Assembly (NCBI RefSeq): GCF_009914755.1
Contig: NC_060947.1
Length of the DNA stretch: 64,000 bases
Source: the human T2T-CHM13v2.0 reference genome, Homo sapiens
Strand: one strand, 5' to 3'
Positions within the stretch are counted from its first letter, which is position 1. Each line of letters opens with the position of its first letter. The position numbers were made by a program, and so were the translations under genes. Below the pieces are notes generated by a model. It was not told where the DNA came from. It worked only from the letters and a program-made list of their open reading frames with translations, and did not search any database. This document shows positions 26,471-40,919 of the stretch, one piece after another.

Positions 26471-29400
26471 GCTTAGACTTTTAATATGCAACAGCATCCT
26501 CAAGATCCACCTCAGCAAGATTTTTGAGATTGCTTTTCTTAAGGCTTGAGGTCTGCATCTATGTAGAGGATCATGCTGGGTTGGTGGAGAAGCACATCTC
26601 AGCTGGCTGGGCAACTCTTTCCTGTGGCAGAAGCACAGTTGTGGGGGAGAGTGTGCTGTTGCTGCAGATCAGGTGCTTTTAAAAATTCAGTTTATAATGC
26701 AAAGAAAGCTTTATCTGACCTCTTGATTCTGCATTAGTTGCCAGTGCTACATGATTCTTTAGTCTCGGTATTTACCCATCCTAATACTTTCACCCTGTTT
26801 TGTTGGCTTTCTACTTTGTATCCCTCTCTAGTCTCCAAGTGCTACAAGGACAAAAACTATATCTGGTTCAACTTTGTAAACCATTCCAATGTGGAAATGT
26901 CAAGTTGGTGGAAACAATTAAAATTTCCATTAATATGGGAATTGTTAAATAAATTATAGTGTGGAAATTTTTCAGATACAAAAAGGAGTAAAATTATGCA
27001 CACATAGTGACGTGAAATTGTATTAAAGCTATATTTTTAGTGAAAAAAGTGGCAGAACACTATTTAGAGAATAGTTCCATGCATATATACGTATAACACA
27101 TACATATCTATGTATGCAACTAGTTTAGTAAATAGTTCCAATTTTTGATATAAATATGGAATTGTTTCATGTTTTTTTAGAAATTGCTGTCAATTGTGAT
27201 CTGTCAAACCCCCCTTTCTCACTAGATAATAAATTTCTTTAATGACACGTTCACTTATTTCCTCAACTATTAGGTCACTTTCATTCATTAAGAGCTTTAT
27301 TTTGAATTCTTAAGATTCAGTCTGTACCAAAGGCATCCAAAGAGAAGGAAAAAGAAGTCTGGTCTATTTTTTAAACGTTTCATTTTGAAATAACTTTAGC
27401 TATAAGGAATGCCGCAGTTTCCATATACCTTACACCCAACTTTGCCTAGTAATTATGATACATTTATAAAAACTAAGAAGTTACCATTTGTGCACTGCTA
27501 TTAAATAAAAACGATTCATTCACCAGGTTTTCTACTAATGTCCTTTTTCTGTTCCAGGATTCAATTCAGGAAACAATGTTGCATTTAGCTAACATGTCTA
27601 TTTAGTCTACCCTGTGCCAGTTTCTTTGTCTTCCCTTGTTTTTCATTACCTTGACACATTTTAAGAGTGAGGTATTTTGTAAAATGTTCCTCAGTTTGGG
27701 TTTTCTGATGTTTTCTTATGATTAGATTGGGATTTTTGATTTTGAGAAAGAATGCTACAGAGGTAAAGTGCCCTTGTCTTCTAATGTCAGGATTATATGA
27801 TATTAGAACGAATTATCACTGATGATGTTAACTTTGTTCATTTGGTTAAGGTTCTCTTCTGGGTTTCTCCACTTGTAAAGTTACTACTTTTCCCTTTTCA
27901 TACTCTTATTTGTTAGAAGCTGGTTTCTAAATGTAGCCCATACTAAAAAGGTGGGGAATTAAACTCTACCTCCTAGAGAGAGGAGTGTCAATGAATTTGT
28001 GAATATATGCTTGAAAACAACTACAGTAATCAATAAATACTTGGGGGCAAATAATTTAACACTATGCAAATATACTATGAATTTTACCTGTAGCAATTAC
28101 TAACTACTATGATGTGCTGATGGTGATTTTTTAAAATATCCCTCATTGCTTTTACATTTAATATTTCAAATTACCCCGTAAGAAGACTTTCCCATTCTCC
28201 CCCACCCTATGTATTTATTGATACAATTATTTGTTTCTGTCAGTATGACTCAAGGATTTTAAAAAATTATTTAGGCTATAATCCAATACTATCATTTGTT
28301 ATTGCTATTGCTGTTCAAATTGTTCGAGCCTTGGCCATTGGGAGCTCTTTCAGGTGGGCTTTCTTTCATCCTTTTTCTGTCTCCTTGCTTTCTGGCACTA
28401 CAAGATGTACCAGGTTCATCTTTTATCTTCCTTTTCCCAGCCCTTTGATCAGCCATTTCTCCAGGGAGTCTTGGTTACTTTAATTGGATAATCATATTTA
28501 GTAATTAAGATCTGGGCGTTGATTGTGCTGGTTACTATTAGGGTGTCATTGATTCTAGGGCTTCTCAGTTGATAGATAGAACAAGTAGATACATGTGTAT
28601 ATGTATACTAAACTGTTTATACACACATACTTGCATATATATTAATTATATATACACATATATAAGCTCATACTGACACATTGACTCTAATCCATTACCA
28701 CAAGTATTCATCTAGCTTTCTCATCTCTTGCTTATTTTTACCTTCTATCTCTGGCAGTGAGAAACCTGGTTCTTCTTGTCTATCATTTATTTACTTATTT
28801 AATTCTAGTGTATAAAGTAGTTTAAAATGGCTATCATGTACCCCATGAGAAATAAACTTCCCAACCAGAATACAACATTTATGTAGTTTTTTCTTGAGCT
28901 TTACAGTATGCAGTCAAAACAGTGGTTTCCAAAGCAAATTAGGTCAGCCCCTTTTTCCCACACCCTTTTCAGTGAAGTTATGTCATACATCTGTGATACA
29001 GTGAGATTCATGTGCCACAGTATGCTTTCCATTTTGGGTTCCCCCTACATTTTTAATTGACATAAAGCAAAGTCACCTTTCATGTTTTGGTGGTTCTGTG
29101 GAATTCAACACATTCACAAAGTCATGCATCTACCACCATAGTATCTATACAGAAGAGTTTTAGTATCCTGAAATTTCCCTTGTGTGGTGCTTTTGTAGTC
29201 AGCCCATCTTCCCATCTCTACCCCTGGCAGCCTCTGTTTTGCATCCCTATAAATTAGCCTTTTCATAATGTCATGTAAATGAAATTGTACAATACACATC
29301 CTTTTGAGTCTGGCTTCTTTCACTTAGCAATATCCATTTGAGATGCATACTTGAATCAGTAGTTTGTTCCTCTTCATTACTGAATAGTATTCCATTGTAC

Positions 29401-30589
29401 AGATGTACCACAATTTGTTTATATTTTCACCAGCTGTAGAACACCTGGGATATTTCCAGTTTGGAGAAATTATGAATAAAGCTGCTATGAACATTTCTGT
29501 ACAGGTTTTTGTATGAACATATATTTTAATTTCACTTGGGTAAATACCCTGAAGTGGCATTGCTGGATTGTGTGGCAATTGTATGTTTAACTTTATAACA
29601 AATTGTCAAAATGATCTTTAAACTGGCTGTAACATTTTGCATTCCAAAGAGCAATGAATGAGAATTTCTTTTGTTCCACAGCCTCGCTAGAATTTGTTAT
29701 TTTTTCATTTGGGGATTTTCATTTGTTTGTTTACTTTATACCATCCTAAGTTTACAGTATCTGTTTACAGATCTGTTTGTGGTTTTAATATGTATTTCCC
29801 TCATTACTCACGATGCTAAGCATCTTTTCACGTGCATATCTGTTGTCTGAATATATACTTTAATGAAGTCTCTGTTCATATCTTTACTTCCCGTAGCCTT
29901 TTTTGGGGTTTGCTTTTCTATTATTGGGTTTTAAGAGTCATTTATTTCTTCTGGATAAAAATCTTTTATCAGATATGTGATGTGCAAATATTTTCTTCTA
30001 GTGGGTGGCTTGTATTTTCATTCTCATAACAGTGTCTTTCATGAAGCAAAAGTTCTTAATTTTCATGATATCCAGTTTTTAAAGTTGTTAGCTTTTGGTA
30101 TTATATCTAAAAACTCATCACCACACCTAAGATCATATAGATTTTCTCCAATATTTTCTTCTAGACATGTTATAATTTTACATTTTACATTTAGGTCTTT
30201 GATATATTTGATTTAATTTTTGTGCAAGATATTATGTATGAGATAAGGTTCATTTTTTGCAGATAGATGTTTAGTTGTTTCAGTGTCATTTGTTGAAAAG
30301 ACAATTCTTTCTTCCTTGAATTACCCTTGTGCATTTGTCAAATATTAGTAGACTATATTTGTGTGGGTTTATTTCTGAGCTGTCTTGTTTCATTGATCTA
30401 TGTACCTACTATTTTTCTGTTACCAAACCATCTTGCTTAATGTAGCTTTATAAAAAGTATTGAAATTTGTTAGTGTGTGTCCTCCAATTTTGTCCTTCTT
30501 TTTCTGTATGTTTTGGTTATTCTATTTCCTTTGACATTTCATTTCAATTTTGCAACTAGCTTGTTGATATCTACAAAAATGCTTGCTCT

Positions 30590-31160
30590 AATTCCATTAC
30601 TGAGTATATACCCAAAGAAATATAAATCATTCTACTATAAAGACACATGCACACGTATGTTCATTGCAGCACTATTTACAATAGCAAATACATGGAACCA
30701 ACCCAACTACTCACCGTGATAGACTGGATAAAGAAAATGTGGTGCATATACACCATGGAATACTATGCAGCCATAAAAAAGAATGAAATCATGTCCTTTG
30801 CAGGGACATGGATGAAGCTGGAAGCCATCATCCTCAGCAAACTAACACAGGAACAGAAAACCAAACACCACATGCTCTCACTCATAAGTGGGAGTTGAAC
30901 AACTAGAACACATGGACACAGGGAGGGGAACAACACACACTGGGGCCAATTGTAGGGTGGGGGCAAGGGGAGGGAGATCATTAGGGCAAATAGCTAATGC
31001 ATGCGGGGCTTGAAAACCTAAATGAAGTATGTTGATAGGTGGTGCAGACCACCATGGCACATGTATACCTATGTAAAAAACCTGCACCTTCTGAACATGT
31101 ATCCTGGAATTTAAAGTAAAATACAATAAAATAAAATAAATAAAAATTAAAAAAATTTTT
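30590..31160 (+). mobile_element. 5'-truncated L1PA (about PA8-PA13-like) 3' end
   Basis: ORF2 C-terminus (...KTKHHMLSLISGS*), 3' UTR and an A-rich tail. TSD aaat(g/t)cttgctct at 30577-30589 and 31161-31173. Confidence 0.9.
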
Positions 31161-33962
31161 AAATTCTTGCTCTGATTTTCATTGGGATATACACCAAATT
31201 GAGAAGTACTGACTTCTTAATAATGCTGACTCCTCCAATCTATAAACACAGAATGTTTCCATCTTAAAATGTCTTCTTTAATTTCTTTTTATCAGTGTTT
31301 TATTGTTTTCAGTAAACAGGTCCTGCACACACTAAGTTAGATTTACACTTAAGTGATCCATTTTTTGGTGCTATTGTAAATGGCATTTAAAATTTTTTAA
31401 ATTCTAATTTTTCATTTTTTGTATATAGGGATAAAATTGACAGGTTGACCTTATATCCTGTAACCTTGCTAAACTCACCTAAGAGTTCTAGACTCTTTCA
31501 AGAATTCTTTAGGATTTTCTGCATAGATAATCATGTCTGTGAACCCAGTTTTATTTCTTCTTTTCCCATTTGTATGTTTTTTATTTGTTTTTTCTTGCCT
31601 TACTTCATGGACTAGGACTTCTACTACTGTACTAAATAAAAGTAGTGGGAAATTAAAAAAATTCCAGATGGGAAAGAAAGGAGAAAAATGATGTCTGTTT
31701 GGAAATTATATGGTCTTGTATATAGATAATAATAAGGAATACACTAAATTTATGGATCTATAGGTTCAATGCAGTCCCTATCAGAATCCCAGCTGGAATT
31801 TTTTTTAAAGAATTTGACATGCTAATTCTAAAATTCATATGCCATTGCAAGGAACCCTCAATATCAAAAAGTTTTCAAAATAAACAAAACAAGAAGAAAC
31901 AAAGCAGCAAAGTTGGAAGGAGTCACACTTCTGATTTCAAACTTACTACAAAGCACAATAATCAAGACAATGCAGTACTGGCATAAGGATGGACACTTAG
32001 ATCAATGGAATAGAATGTAATCTGTAGATCAATGGAAAGTATTAGTATTTTAAAAATATTAAGTCTTCCCATCCTTAAACATAAGTTGCCTTTCCTTTTA
32101 TTTAGATCTTTAATTTCTTTCAACAGTGTTTTGTAGTTTTCAGGTTACAAATTTTGCACTTCTTTTATGAATTTTATACCTAAGTATTTCATTCTTTTTG
32201 ATGCTATGGTAAATTGAATTGTATTCTTAATTGCATTTTCAGTCCAATTATTGATTCCATATACAAACACAATTGGTTTCTGTGTGTTGACTTTGTATGC
32301 TACAACATGCTAAACGTGTATATTAATTTTAATAGTTTATTAGTTTACTCCTTACTGTCTTCTAAATATTAATACAAGATCATGTTATCTCCAAATAGAA
32401 ATGTTTTCTTCTTCTTTTCCTATCTGATTGCTTTTTCTTTCCATTTCTTGCCTAATTGCCCTGTCTAGAACCTCCAGTATGATGTTGAAAAGTCGTAAGA
32501 GCAGATATTCTTGTCTTTTTCCATATTTTAGGGGGAAACATCCAATGTTTCACCACTAAGTATGATATTAGTAGTGGGATTTTTTAGATGCCCTTAATCA
32601 AGTTGAGAAACTTTTCTTCTATTCATAATTTGTTGCATGGTTGTTGCAATCAGGTGTTGGATTTTGTTGAACTATTTTCTGCATTTTTGGAGAACAGTGT
32701 GGATTGTTTTTATTCTATTGATATAGTTAGCTTACAGTATTTTTTCAGTGTTCAAATTTTATTTTTAATCTTGTGCTTAGTTTTTCTATTCATTATTCAA
32801 AGTAGAATACTGAACTCTCCAATTATTAAGGATAAATTGTCTATTTTTTCTGTAAATTCTGTCACTTTTTGCTTCATTCATTTTGGGACACAGTTGCTAA
32901 TTGCATATATGTGTAATACTTTTGCATCTTTCTGATGGATTGCATCGTATTTCTGATGAAATACATCTTATCACTATAAAATACCATGCTTTACCTCTAG
33001 TAATATTTTTTATTTTAAATTCCATTTTGTCAGATAATAGTGTATCTACTCCAGCTTTATTTTTGTTGTTTACAGTATGTACGTATGTGTGTGTGTGTAT
33101 ATATATGTGTGTGTGTGTGTATATATATCCTTTTATTTTCAACCTACTTGTGTCTTTAAATCTAAAGTGTGTCTTCTGTAGACAGCATATAGTTGGATCT
33201 TTTTAAAAATCCAGTCTGACAATCTCTGCCTCTTGTTTGAATTGTTTAATCCTTCACATTTAATGTTATTATTGATACAATTGGATTTATGTCTGCCAAC
33301 TTACCTTTTGTCTGTCATATATCTTCTGTCTTTCTTGTTCCTCTTTTGCTTTTTTCTTGCATTAAGTGAATATGTTTTGAGGAAGCATTTTAATTTCTTT
33401 AATAATTTTTTCATTATATTTTTTGGAATTTTTTTTAGTGGTTTCCCTAGGATTTGGCATATACATATTAACTTATGAGAATCTACTTCAGATTGATACT
33501 AATTAATTCTAGTGAGATATAGAAACCTCACTTCTATATAGCTCTATTCCCATTTCCCACTTTTTGTGATATTATTGTTTTCATATTATGTCTATAAATG
33601 TTATAATGTATAAATGTTATAAATCCAACCATTGTCATCATTATTACTTTATATAATTTTGTCTTGTATGGAAGATGAAAAAAGAAAAGAAAGCAAGTAT
33701 GTATTTATAGAATATATTTTCCCCCACACCCCTGCTGTGTAAAGCCTCTTACATCACTCTTCATAGGGCACAGCCTTGAGTTTGTCCACAGTCAATCTGG
33801 GTTTTTGCAATTTTGTCTTTCACCACCTCTTTCCCTGGACACACCTGGCTGTTGAGCTACACTAATTGCTGGTTGATTGCTCTATTGTTTTCGACAATGC
33901 ACTAGGGCATAGAATGCTCCACAGGTTCATGGTATTAAATTTGGACTTCTTTGCAGAGATAG

Positions 33963-34256
<294 letters not shown>

Positions 34257-37200
34257 TGCAGAGATAGTTTTTGAGGTGAGTGTTTGAGATTTGCTTTGAC
34301 CTCAAGAGCACTCTACTTAGCTGTGTCTTTCCCTGGTTCTCTCTGGTAAACTAGCTGGTCTAACATTTAGTTTACATCTCTCATGAATCTACCAACTTCC
34401 TCTTAATTGCTTTTCACTACAACCTCCATTTTTATAGCACCTTAGCCTTCAGTTTCTCCACACTGTGTGACAAATGAAATCAGTTCTTTTGGAAAGAGAT
34501 TTAGAGCTCTGAGTTTTAAAGCTTGACTCTCTCCCTGGCCAAAAACTCTTACACAAGGCTCTGGAGCTGGGGATGGGAATGGTGGCACAATTCTCTCTGA
34601 ATAGAACTTCTGCTTTAGGAGCTGGGCACTTGACTGTGAGTGGGCATTACCTTCATGTCTTCTTAGCTTGCCCCTCCCAGGCAATTGGTGCCCCAGTATT
34701 CTCAGCACGTTATGCTGGAAGTAAAGCCACCTTCTAATGAGTGGGGCCTGGGCAGAAGGAAGCCCTCACCTCTCCGCTGCACTCTTCCAGGATTTAGCTT
34801 CTGCAATAGATAGCTCAAGGCAGGATGAGAACTTATGTCTGTCTGGGGAAAATACTGTGACCCTCCAAGTATGAGCTGGTTGGAGAGAGTGAGACCTGTG
34901 TTTTTGGCTGAACCCTTCTGGAGCGTTTTCATCATGCTGAATTGGAAGTGAGAAGACAAGAAGAGGATCTTGGTTCAAATGCCACAGATTTCATTGTTCT
35001 TATTAAGTTTAGTAGATATTCTTGAAGAAATGTTTCTTTATTTGCCCTTAGGACCATTTCCAAAGAGTTTAAATAGTTATATTCTTTCACCAGTTTCACC
35101 GAGGAGTATATCCTCAGACCTCATGTTGCCATGGCAGTGGATCATGAATCATAGCTATTTTAAATTATTGGTCTTATTGTTCCAAAATCTGTGTCGTATC
35201 CGATTCTAGTTCTGATGATTGATTTATCTATTCAGAATGTTTTATTTTCTTGCCTTTTTGTATTTTTCATAATTTGTACTTGAAAGGTGGGTTATGTGTA
35301 AGGCAGTAATCACTGAGGTAAACAGATTTTATGCTTGGGTATGTCTATATCTTTCCTTCTGCTATGTTTTAGGGAGAAGGTTTGCTTAAATCTACTCAGA
35401 AGTTAGGCTGAGTTTGCTGAGTTTGACAGTTTGCTTACCATATATATCTAGTTCTTTTCACCTGGCTTTGCATTTTCCCTTTCTACTGCTCCCTAGGAAG
35501 GATATGTCCCTTGCTGTCATTCAGTATATTTTTACTCAGTATTTGTTAGCATGGTGCTGGGGAGCAGAAAGGGCATTCTCTGATGTTCTGATCATGTCTT
35601 CATCTTTGGTAAGCACTGAGAGCCTGAGTTTTGGTGGTGTAGACTTCACATGTGTTCATGCTTCTCTTCCACATGTAAATGCTGGACCTAGCACACATGC
35701 CTGCACCCTCCCCTTCATATAGCTTTTGTTTTCCTGTTTGCTTTCCTCAGCTGCAGTGGATTTCCACCAGTAACTTCATGATATGGGTTTTGTTGTCCTT
35801 CTTCCTGCAGATTAAGACTTTTGTTTACTAAGAGAGATGGATCTAGTTGAAATGTCAGCAAGGGACTGCTATTTCCCTCTCTTAGCTGGCACTACAGGGC
35901 AAGCTTTTATGGATTCCCACTGATCTTCCCTGGGAACATCTAGTGGAGTTTCTAGAGTTAAGCCTGAAGGAGGGTGCAAGTTCCTTTATGTCTGTGACCC
36001 TCAGAGACTTCACATACTCTCATGCTGGTCCTCACTCAGTCTTCAGAAATCCATTGACAATTTCTAGCTCAATTTTTTTTAACTGACCTACGTGGCATTT
36101 GATGGTATATATTTCAGGTAAGGAAATGCTTGGTTACTACTATTTCTCTCCCCAAGTGTCTTTCTCTAGATTTGAGGATAATTGTTTGCCCTGTGACCTG
36201 AGTTCTCTGGTGGTTTTAAGAAAAAATGTTATATTGCAGTTTATCCAACTTTTTCCCCTATTGTAAATGTGTAAGTTATATTGTTTTCAGCTCTCCATTT
36301 GGAGCTGAAACTGGCAATTGTCTTGTTCATTTTACAACTTATATAGTATATTCAATTTAAGGTTCCCTTTGGTTCCCATAAACAACATATACCCTTTTGC
36401 TCTAGGAGCTTGTAGCAGACAGGCAGTTGGAGTCTATTCTTAGGAACATTTTTCTCCTTATCCCAAAAACATTTCCTAGGTTTGGGAGAGAAATTAGGGA
36501 GAAGAAAGGTTCGTATCCTCTATTATATGGTTGTGCTTAGCATCATTGGCCATTTCCTATTGGCTTGAAAGAACTGGCGATAGATTCAATAGTCTCCAGT
36601 GTTAAGAACTGCTTTCATTTTTCTGTCATAAAGCTTCGCATTTTTTCCCTGTCCTCTTTCCTTTTGGGGTATGTAGGAGACTTTTGTAGGAATGGATATA
36701 AAACTTCACAGCATAAAAAATTTAAAGCATTTGTCCTTGTCACAGCCAGCTGCAATCTGAATTTGACCAAATAATTTGGGGTTAAGGTAGGAGGGTTGAA
36801 CTATTCTCTCAGAGTGCAGAGAAACAGCCCCTAGAACAGTTTGGGTAGGTATGTAGTTGGAAAAATAATCCCAACCTATTTTGCTCAGACTCTCAGAAGA
36901 GCCTTGACTGTGCCTAGACCTGTTTTGGTGTTTATGTGGTGATTTCAGTTCTGTGTTTCCTTGGAACAATGCTTCTGATGTTTGAATCAACTCAGGCCCC
37001 AAAATTTAAGGAACCCCAAGCAAAAAGACCTTGCCTGTAGGAGCATGCGTTCCTACAATTCAAAATAAAAGGGATGTTACCATTTGTCTGAATACCCACA
37101 TTCACTACAGAAACAGTTTACAATTTCGGGGCCAGTATAGTCAAGCTGTGAATTGGTGTGAAAATGCCTTTCTAAGGCATTGATGATGGAGGCAGCAATG

Positions 37201-37327
37201 CCATTGTGAGCCTTGTTCTTTAGGTTTGTCATCCAAGGAAACATTATCACTTTTTTGACATCCTAAAGAACTGGTTGGACAATAAAGTGAAAATGAAAAT
37301 GAAATCCTTGGTTTAGGAAAGGAAACT

Positions 37328-37631
37328 GGCCGGGCGCAGTGGCTCACGCCTGAAATCACAGCAGTTCGGGAGGCCGAGGTGGGTGGATCACTTGAGGTCA
37401 GGAGTTCAAGACCAGCCTGGCCAACATGATGAAACTCCGTCTTTACCAAAAATACAAAAATTAGCCAGGCACAGTGGCATGTGTCTGTAATCCCAGCTAC
37501 TCAAGAGGCTAAGGCAGGAGAATTGCTTGAACCCAGGAGGCGGAGGTTGTAGTAAGCCGAGATTGCACCGCTCCACTCCAGCCTGGGTGACAGAACAAGA
37601 CACCGTCTAAAAAAAAAAAAAAAAAAAAAAA
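37328..37631 (+). mobile_element. Alu (AluSx/Sz-like)
   Basis: Starts ggccgggcgcagtggctcacgcc and ends in poly-A. TSD aggaaaggaaact at 37315-37327 and 37636-37648. Confidence 0.95.
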
Positions 37632-37755
37632 GTAAAGGAAAGGAAACTAGTTAAGAATTATTGCATTAGAGCCAGATAAACCTGGATTTCAATCTGGCTC
37701 TTCTCTTTGTTGGTATGGAACATCGAATAAATCATTTTCCTCTTTGAGCCTCAGT

Positions 37756-37843
37756 TCAATCATCTATATAGAGGGCATAAATAACAGCTCTCTCAGAAAT
37801 CAATCACCTATATAGAGGGCATAAATAACAGCTCTCTGAGAAA
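37756..37843. repeat. 44-bp tandem duplication (2 copies, 2 mismatches) within a MIR-like remnant
   Basis: tcaatca(t/c)ctatatagagggcataaataacagctctct(c/g)agaaa twice. Confidence 0.9.
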
Positions 37844-38294
37844 TCTTGTCAGAATTAAAGGAGCTAGAAATATGAAGAACTGGGCTATGAATAGTGGTGA
37901 TTTTTGTCACTTCTAGACCACAGTGTAGAAAAGTGACTGTGAGATCCTCATACACTCTCTTTCTTTGCTGCAATGGATCCCTGACAGACTATGAGGAGCA
38001 GGGCTTCTCTATCCCCAACCTTCATGAAGTTTGAGAAACCTTTGTTGTGTTAAGCCACTGAGGTTTTGGGACTCTTAGCTACCTCAGCATAAGCTTAGCC
38101 TAACCTGACAAACACAAATGGTCCTCAAAGTTAAGCAACAGAGTCACTGGGATGCTTGCTAAAATAAACATTGTATGTGGTAAAGCTATATTGGGGGTAG
38201 GCAATAGACAATGGGGGTTATGATGGTAAGAAAGAATTACTCCATTATCATATCAGAAAATCTTAATGACTAAAATAAACAAGTCAAGAAATAG

Positions 38295-39122
38295 CAGTTG
38301 CAAATCATATATCTGATAAGGGACTTATGTTCAGAATAAACAAAGAACTCTCACAACTCATCAATAAGAAAACAGTCCAATTTAGAAAGGGACAAAAGAT
38401 CTGAATACGTATTTCTCCAAAGAAGAGATGCAAATGGCCAATAAGCACATGAAAAGATGATGAACATCATTAGCAATTAGAAAAATGCCAATTAAAACCA
38501 CAATATGACGCCACTTCATATCCACTAAGATGGCTTTAATCAAAAATACAGGCAATAACGAGTGTTGTTGAGGATATGGAGAAATTGGAAACTTCCTACA
38601 CTGCTGGTGGAATTGTCAAATACCATAGTTGCTTTGGAAAACAGTTTTGGAAGTTCCTCAAAATTTAAACATAGAGTTATCATTACTTCGCAATTCCACT
38701 CCTAGGTGTATACACAAGAGAATCAAAAACATATCTACACACAAAATATGTATACAAATGTTTAGTAATGATATCTGTTACAACATGAATGAACCTTGAA
38801 AATATTATGGCAAGTGAAAGAAGCAAGACACAAGAGGCCACATATCGTATTATTCAATTAATACGAAATGTCCAGGATAGGCAAATCCGTAGAGACAGAA
38901 AGGAGGTCAGTGCTTGCCAGATGCTAGGAGAACAGGGGAGTGGGCATGACATTATGTGCTAATGGATATGGGATTTCTTCTGAAGGTGATGAAAATATCC
39001 TGGAACCAGATAGTGATAATGACTTCAGAAGTCTGCTAATATACTAAACACCACTGAATTGTATACTGTAAAAGGGTGAATTTTGTGGCATGTGAATTAC
39101 CTCTTAATAAAGCTGTTAAAAA
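38295..39122 (+). mobile_element. L1MB-like 3' end
   Basis: 'catatatctgataagggactt', 'caaatggccaataagcacatgaaaagatg', ending 'aatatactaaacaccactgaattgtatac...aataaagctgttaaaaa'. Confidence 0.85.
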
Positions 39123-39399
39123 GGAAATGGCAACATATACATATTATTCAGAAAGATGGAGGTAAATGCCAGAATAAAACGAAAATGTTTATGGTAGTTG
39201 CCTATGGTAGTAGCCTCTGGGGAGTGGGAATGTGGAATGGCAAGGAAAACTGCAGGTTTTAATAATTAAAAAAAACTCTTGTGCTATAGGATTTTAAAAA
39301 TTTGTGTGTGTATTCATTTGATAAAAATGAAAAGGAGCTAAAAGCAAAAGATGCATGCAGACACGCACACACAAACGCACACACACATATTGTGGAGAC

Positions 39400-39525
39400 A
39401 AATCAGAAGCGATTCTGACGCATTGGGTCTGAGGTGGGAGCCAGGATCCTGCATTTTCAACAAGATAGTTAGGTGATTTCGATGCAGGAGGTCTGCTAGT
39501 AAGTAGCAAACTTTGAAAAACACTA
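39400..39525. mobile_element. MER5-like remnant
   Basis: gattctga...ggtctgaggtgggagccagga...ctgcattttcaacaag...ggtgatt...actttgaaaaacacta. Confidence 0.65.
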
Positions 39526-40687
39526 CTATATCCAATGTTAAAATCATTTAGCAATGAATTTTGATATAATCCATCTCCCGCTGTGTTCCTTTTGAAGTGG
39601 CAAGTTTCAGTAGCTAAAGAATAACATTACAGTTTCAAGGCTATGTATTCAGTCAGGGGCAGAACTGGGCCAAGAACTGAGGCCTTCTGACTCAATAATT
39701 AATGTAGTTACTTTTTAAGCTTCTATTATGTTCTATGGAGTAACAAAATGAGTAAGATAAACTCTTTGCTTTAAAGGGCAAGTCTAGTGGGGTAATTATA
39801 ATGCCTGACAAATATATTAAGATTTTACGAAGCATTTTTCCCACATTTCGTCAGTATTAACATAACTATAAAGAGAGAAGACGGACATTCTCCACAGTTC
39901 AGAAGGGAACCTATTGGGGATTCAATTCACCAGGGACTTCAGGTGAATCTAAAGGGCTTTGTTACCTTGAAGACTCTAGCCCACCAGCAACAACTGGGGC
40001 CTTAGAGGGTGCAGGACCCTGGAGAGGGGGCACAATGCCCAACAGATGTGGCATTACCCAGGGGAAAGTGGCAACTATCTCTCAGCTTCCTGTACCTATT
40101 TTTAGGCACAGGTGAGACCTCCCTCCGCAACACTCCATACCCTCACCAACTGTCTGACTTGGTACTGTTAGTGCAGGGGAGAGGGCAGGAGCCAGCCTAA
40201 CATAGGTCACAGACTCAAGCGTCACATCTGATCTACTCCACAGCCCTGGGAGGTAAGTTTCAGCCCCATTTCACACAAGGCTGTCTCTTATAGCAATGAA
40301 TCTGTAGTAACTGCCAGGTTGATTCCTCCAACTTCAAGTCCCAGGGGTAATGTGAGTTTTATCTATCATTTTGTGTTCTAACAAGAATTTTGTCTCCACT
40401 GCCTTAATATGATCAATGAATAGTTCTTTTGATTGCCTAGTATTTACTATTTTCCTATTTTGTTTACCTTTTATTACTTCCTTTAAAACAAAAATAGCCT
40501 GTGCTTTTTAGATTTAAAAGAAGTACAGATGAGAAAAAGAATAATTTTCAGTCCCACCACACAAAGAAATTCATGATTTCTCTTTGATCTACTCAATTGC
40601 ATAGTGTCCCCCATGTATGGATATATTATGTAAACATTTTTTTTCAGAAATGGGCTGATACTGTATACATGGTTCTGAAAACTCTTT

Positions 40688-40724
40688 TTTATTGTTATTT
40701 TACAATGTACCATGAACATTTATT
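40688..40724 (-). terminator. Two candidate AATAAA polyadenylation signals of TCEAL5
   Basis: tttatt at 40688-40693 and 40719-40724, about 200-230 nt past the stop codon. Confidence 0.6.
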
Positions 40725-40919
40725 CCATGCACATGGGTGAAAATCCTCTACTAAAAGACAGAGCACTGTAGTTGGGTCAAAAGTCTGCTGGTAACAAGAG
40801 TGACACCTAAAGGAAAGTATCAGCTTAAGGTTAAAGCACATAGGCCGGCAAATGCCTGCCAGGAAAAGCAGGACTGGCAATATTCCCATCAGAGAAATCA
40901 GAATTAAAGGCCAAAGACA

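Noticed and set aside
37756-37843. Direct repeat considered as a CRISPR-like array
   Set aside because: Only two abutting copies, no spacers, and a mammalian repeat context.
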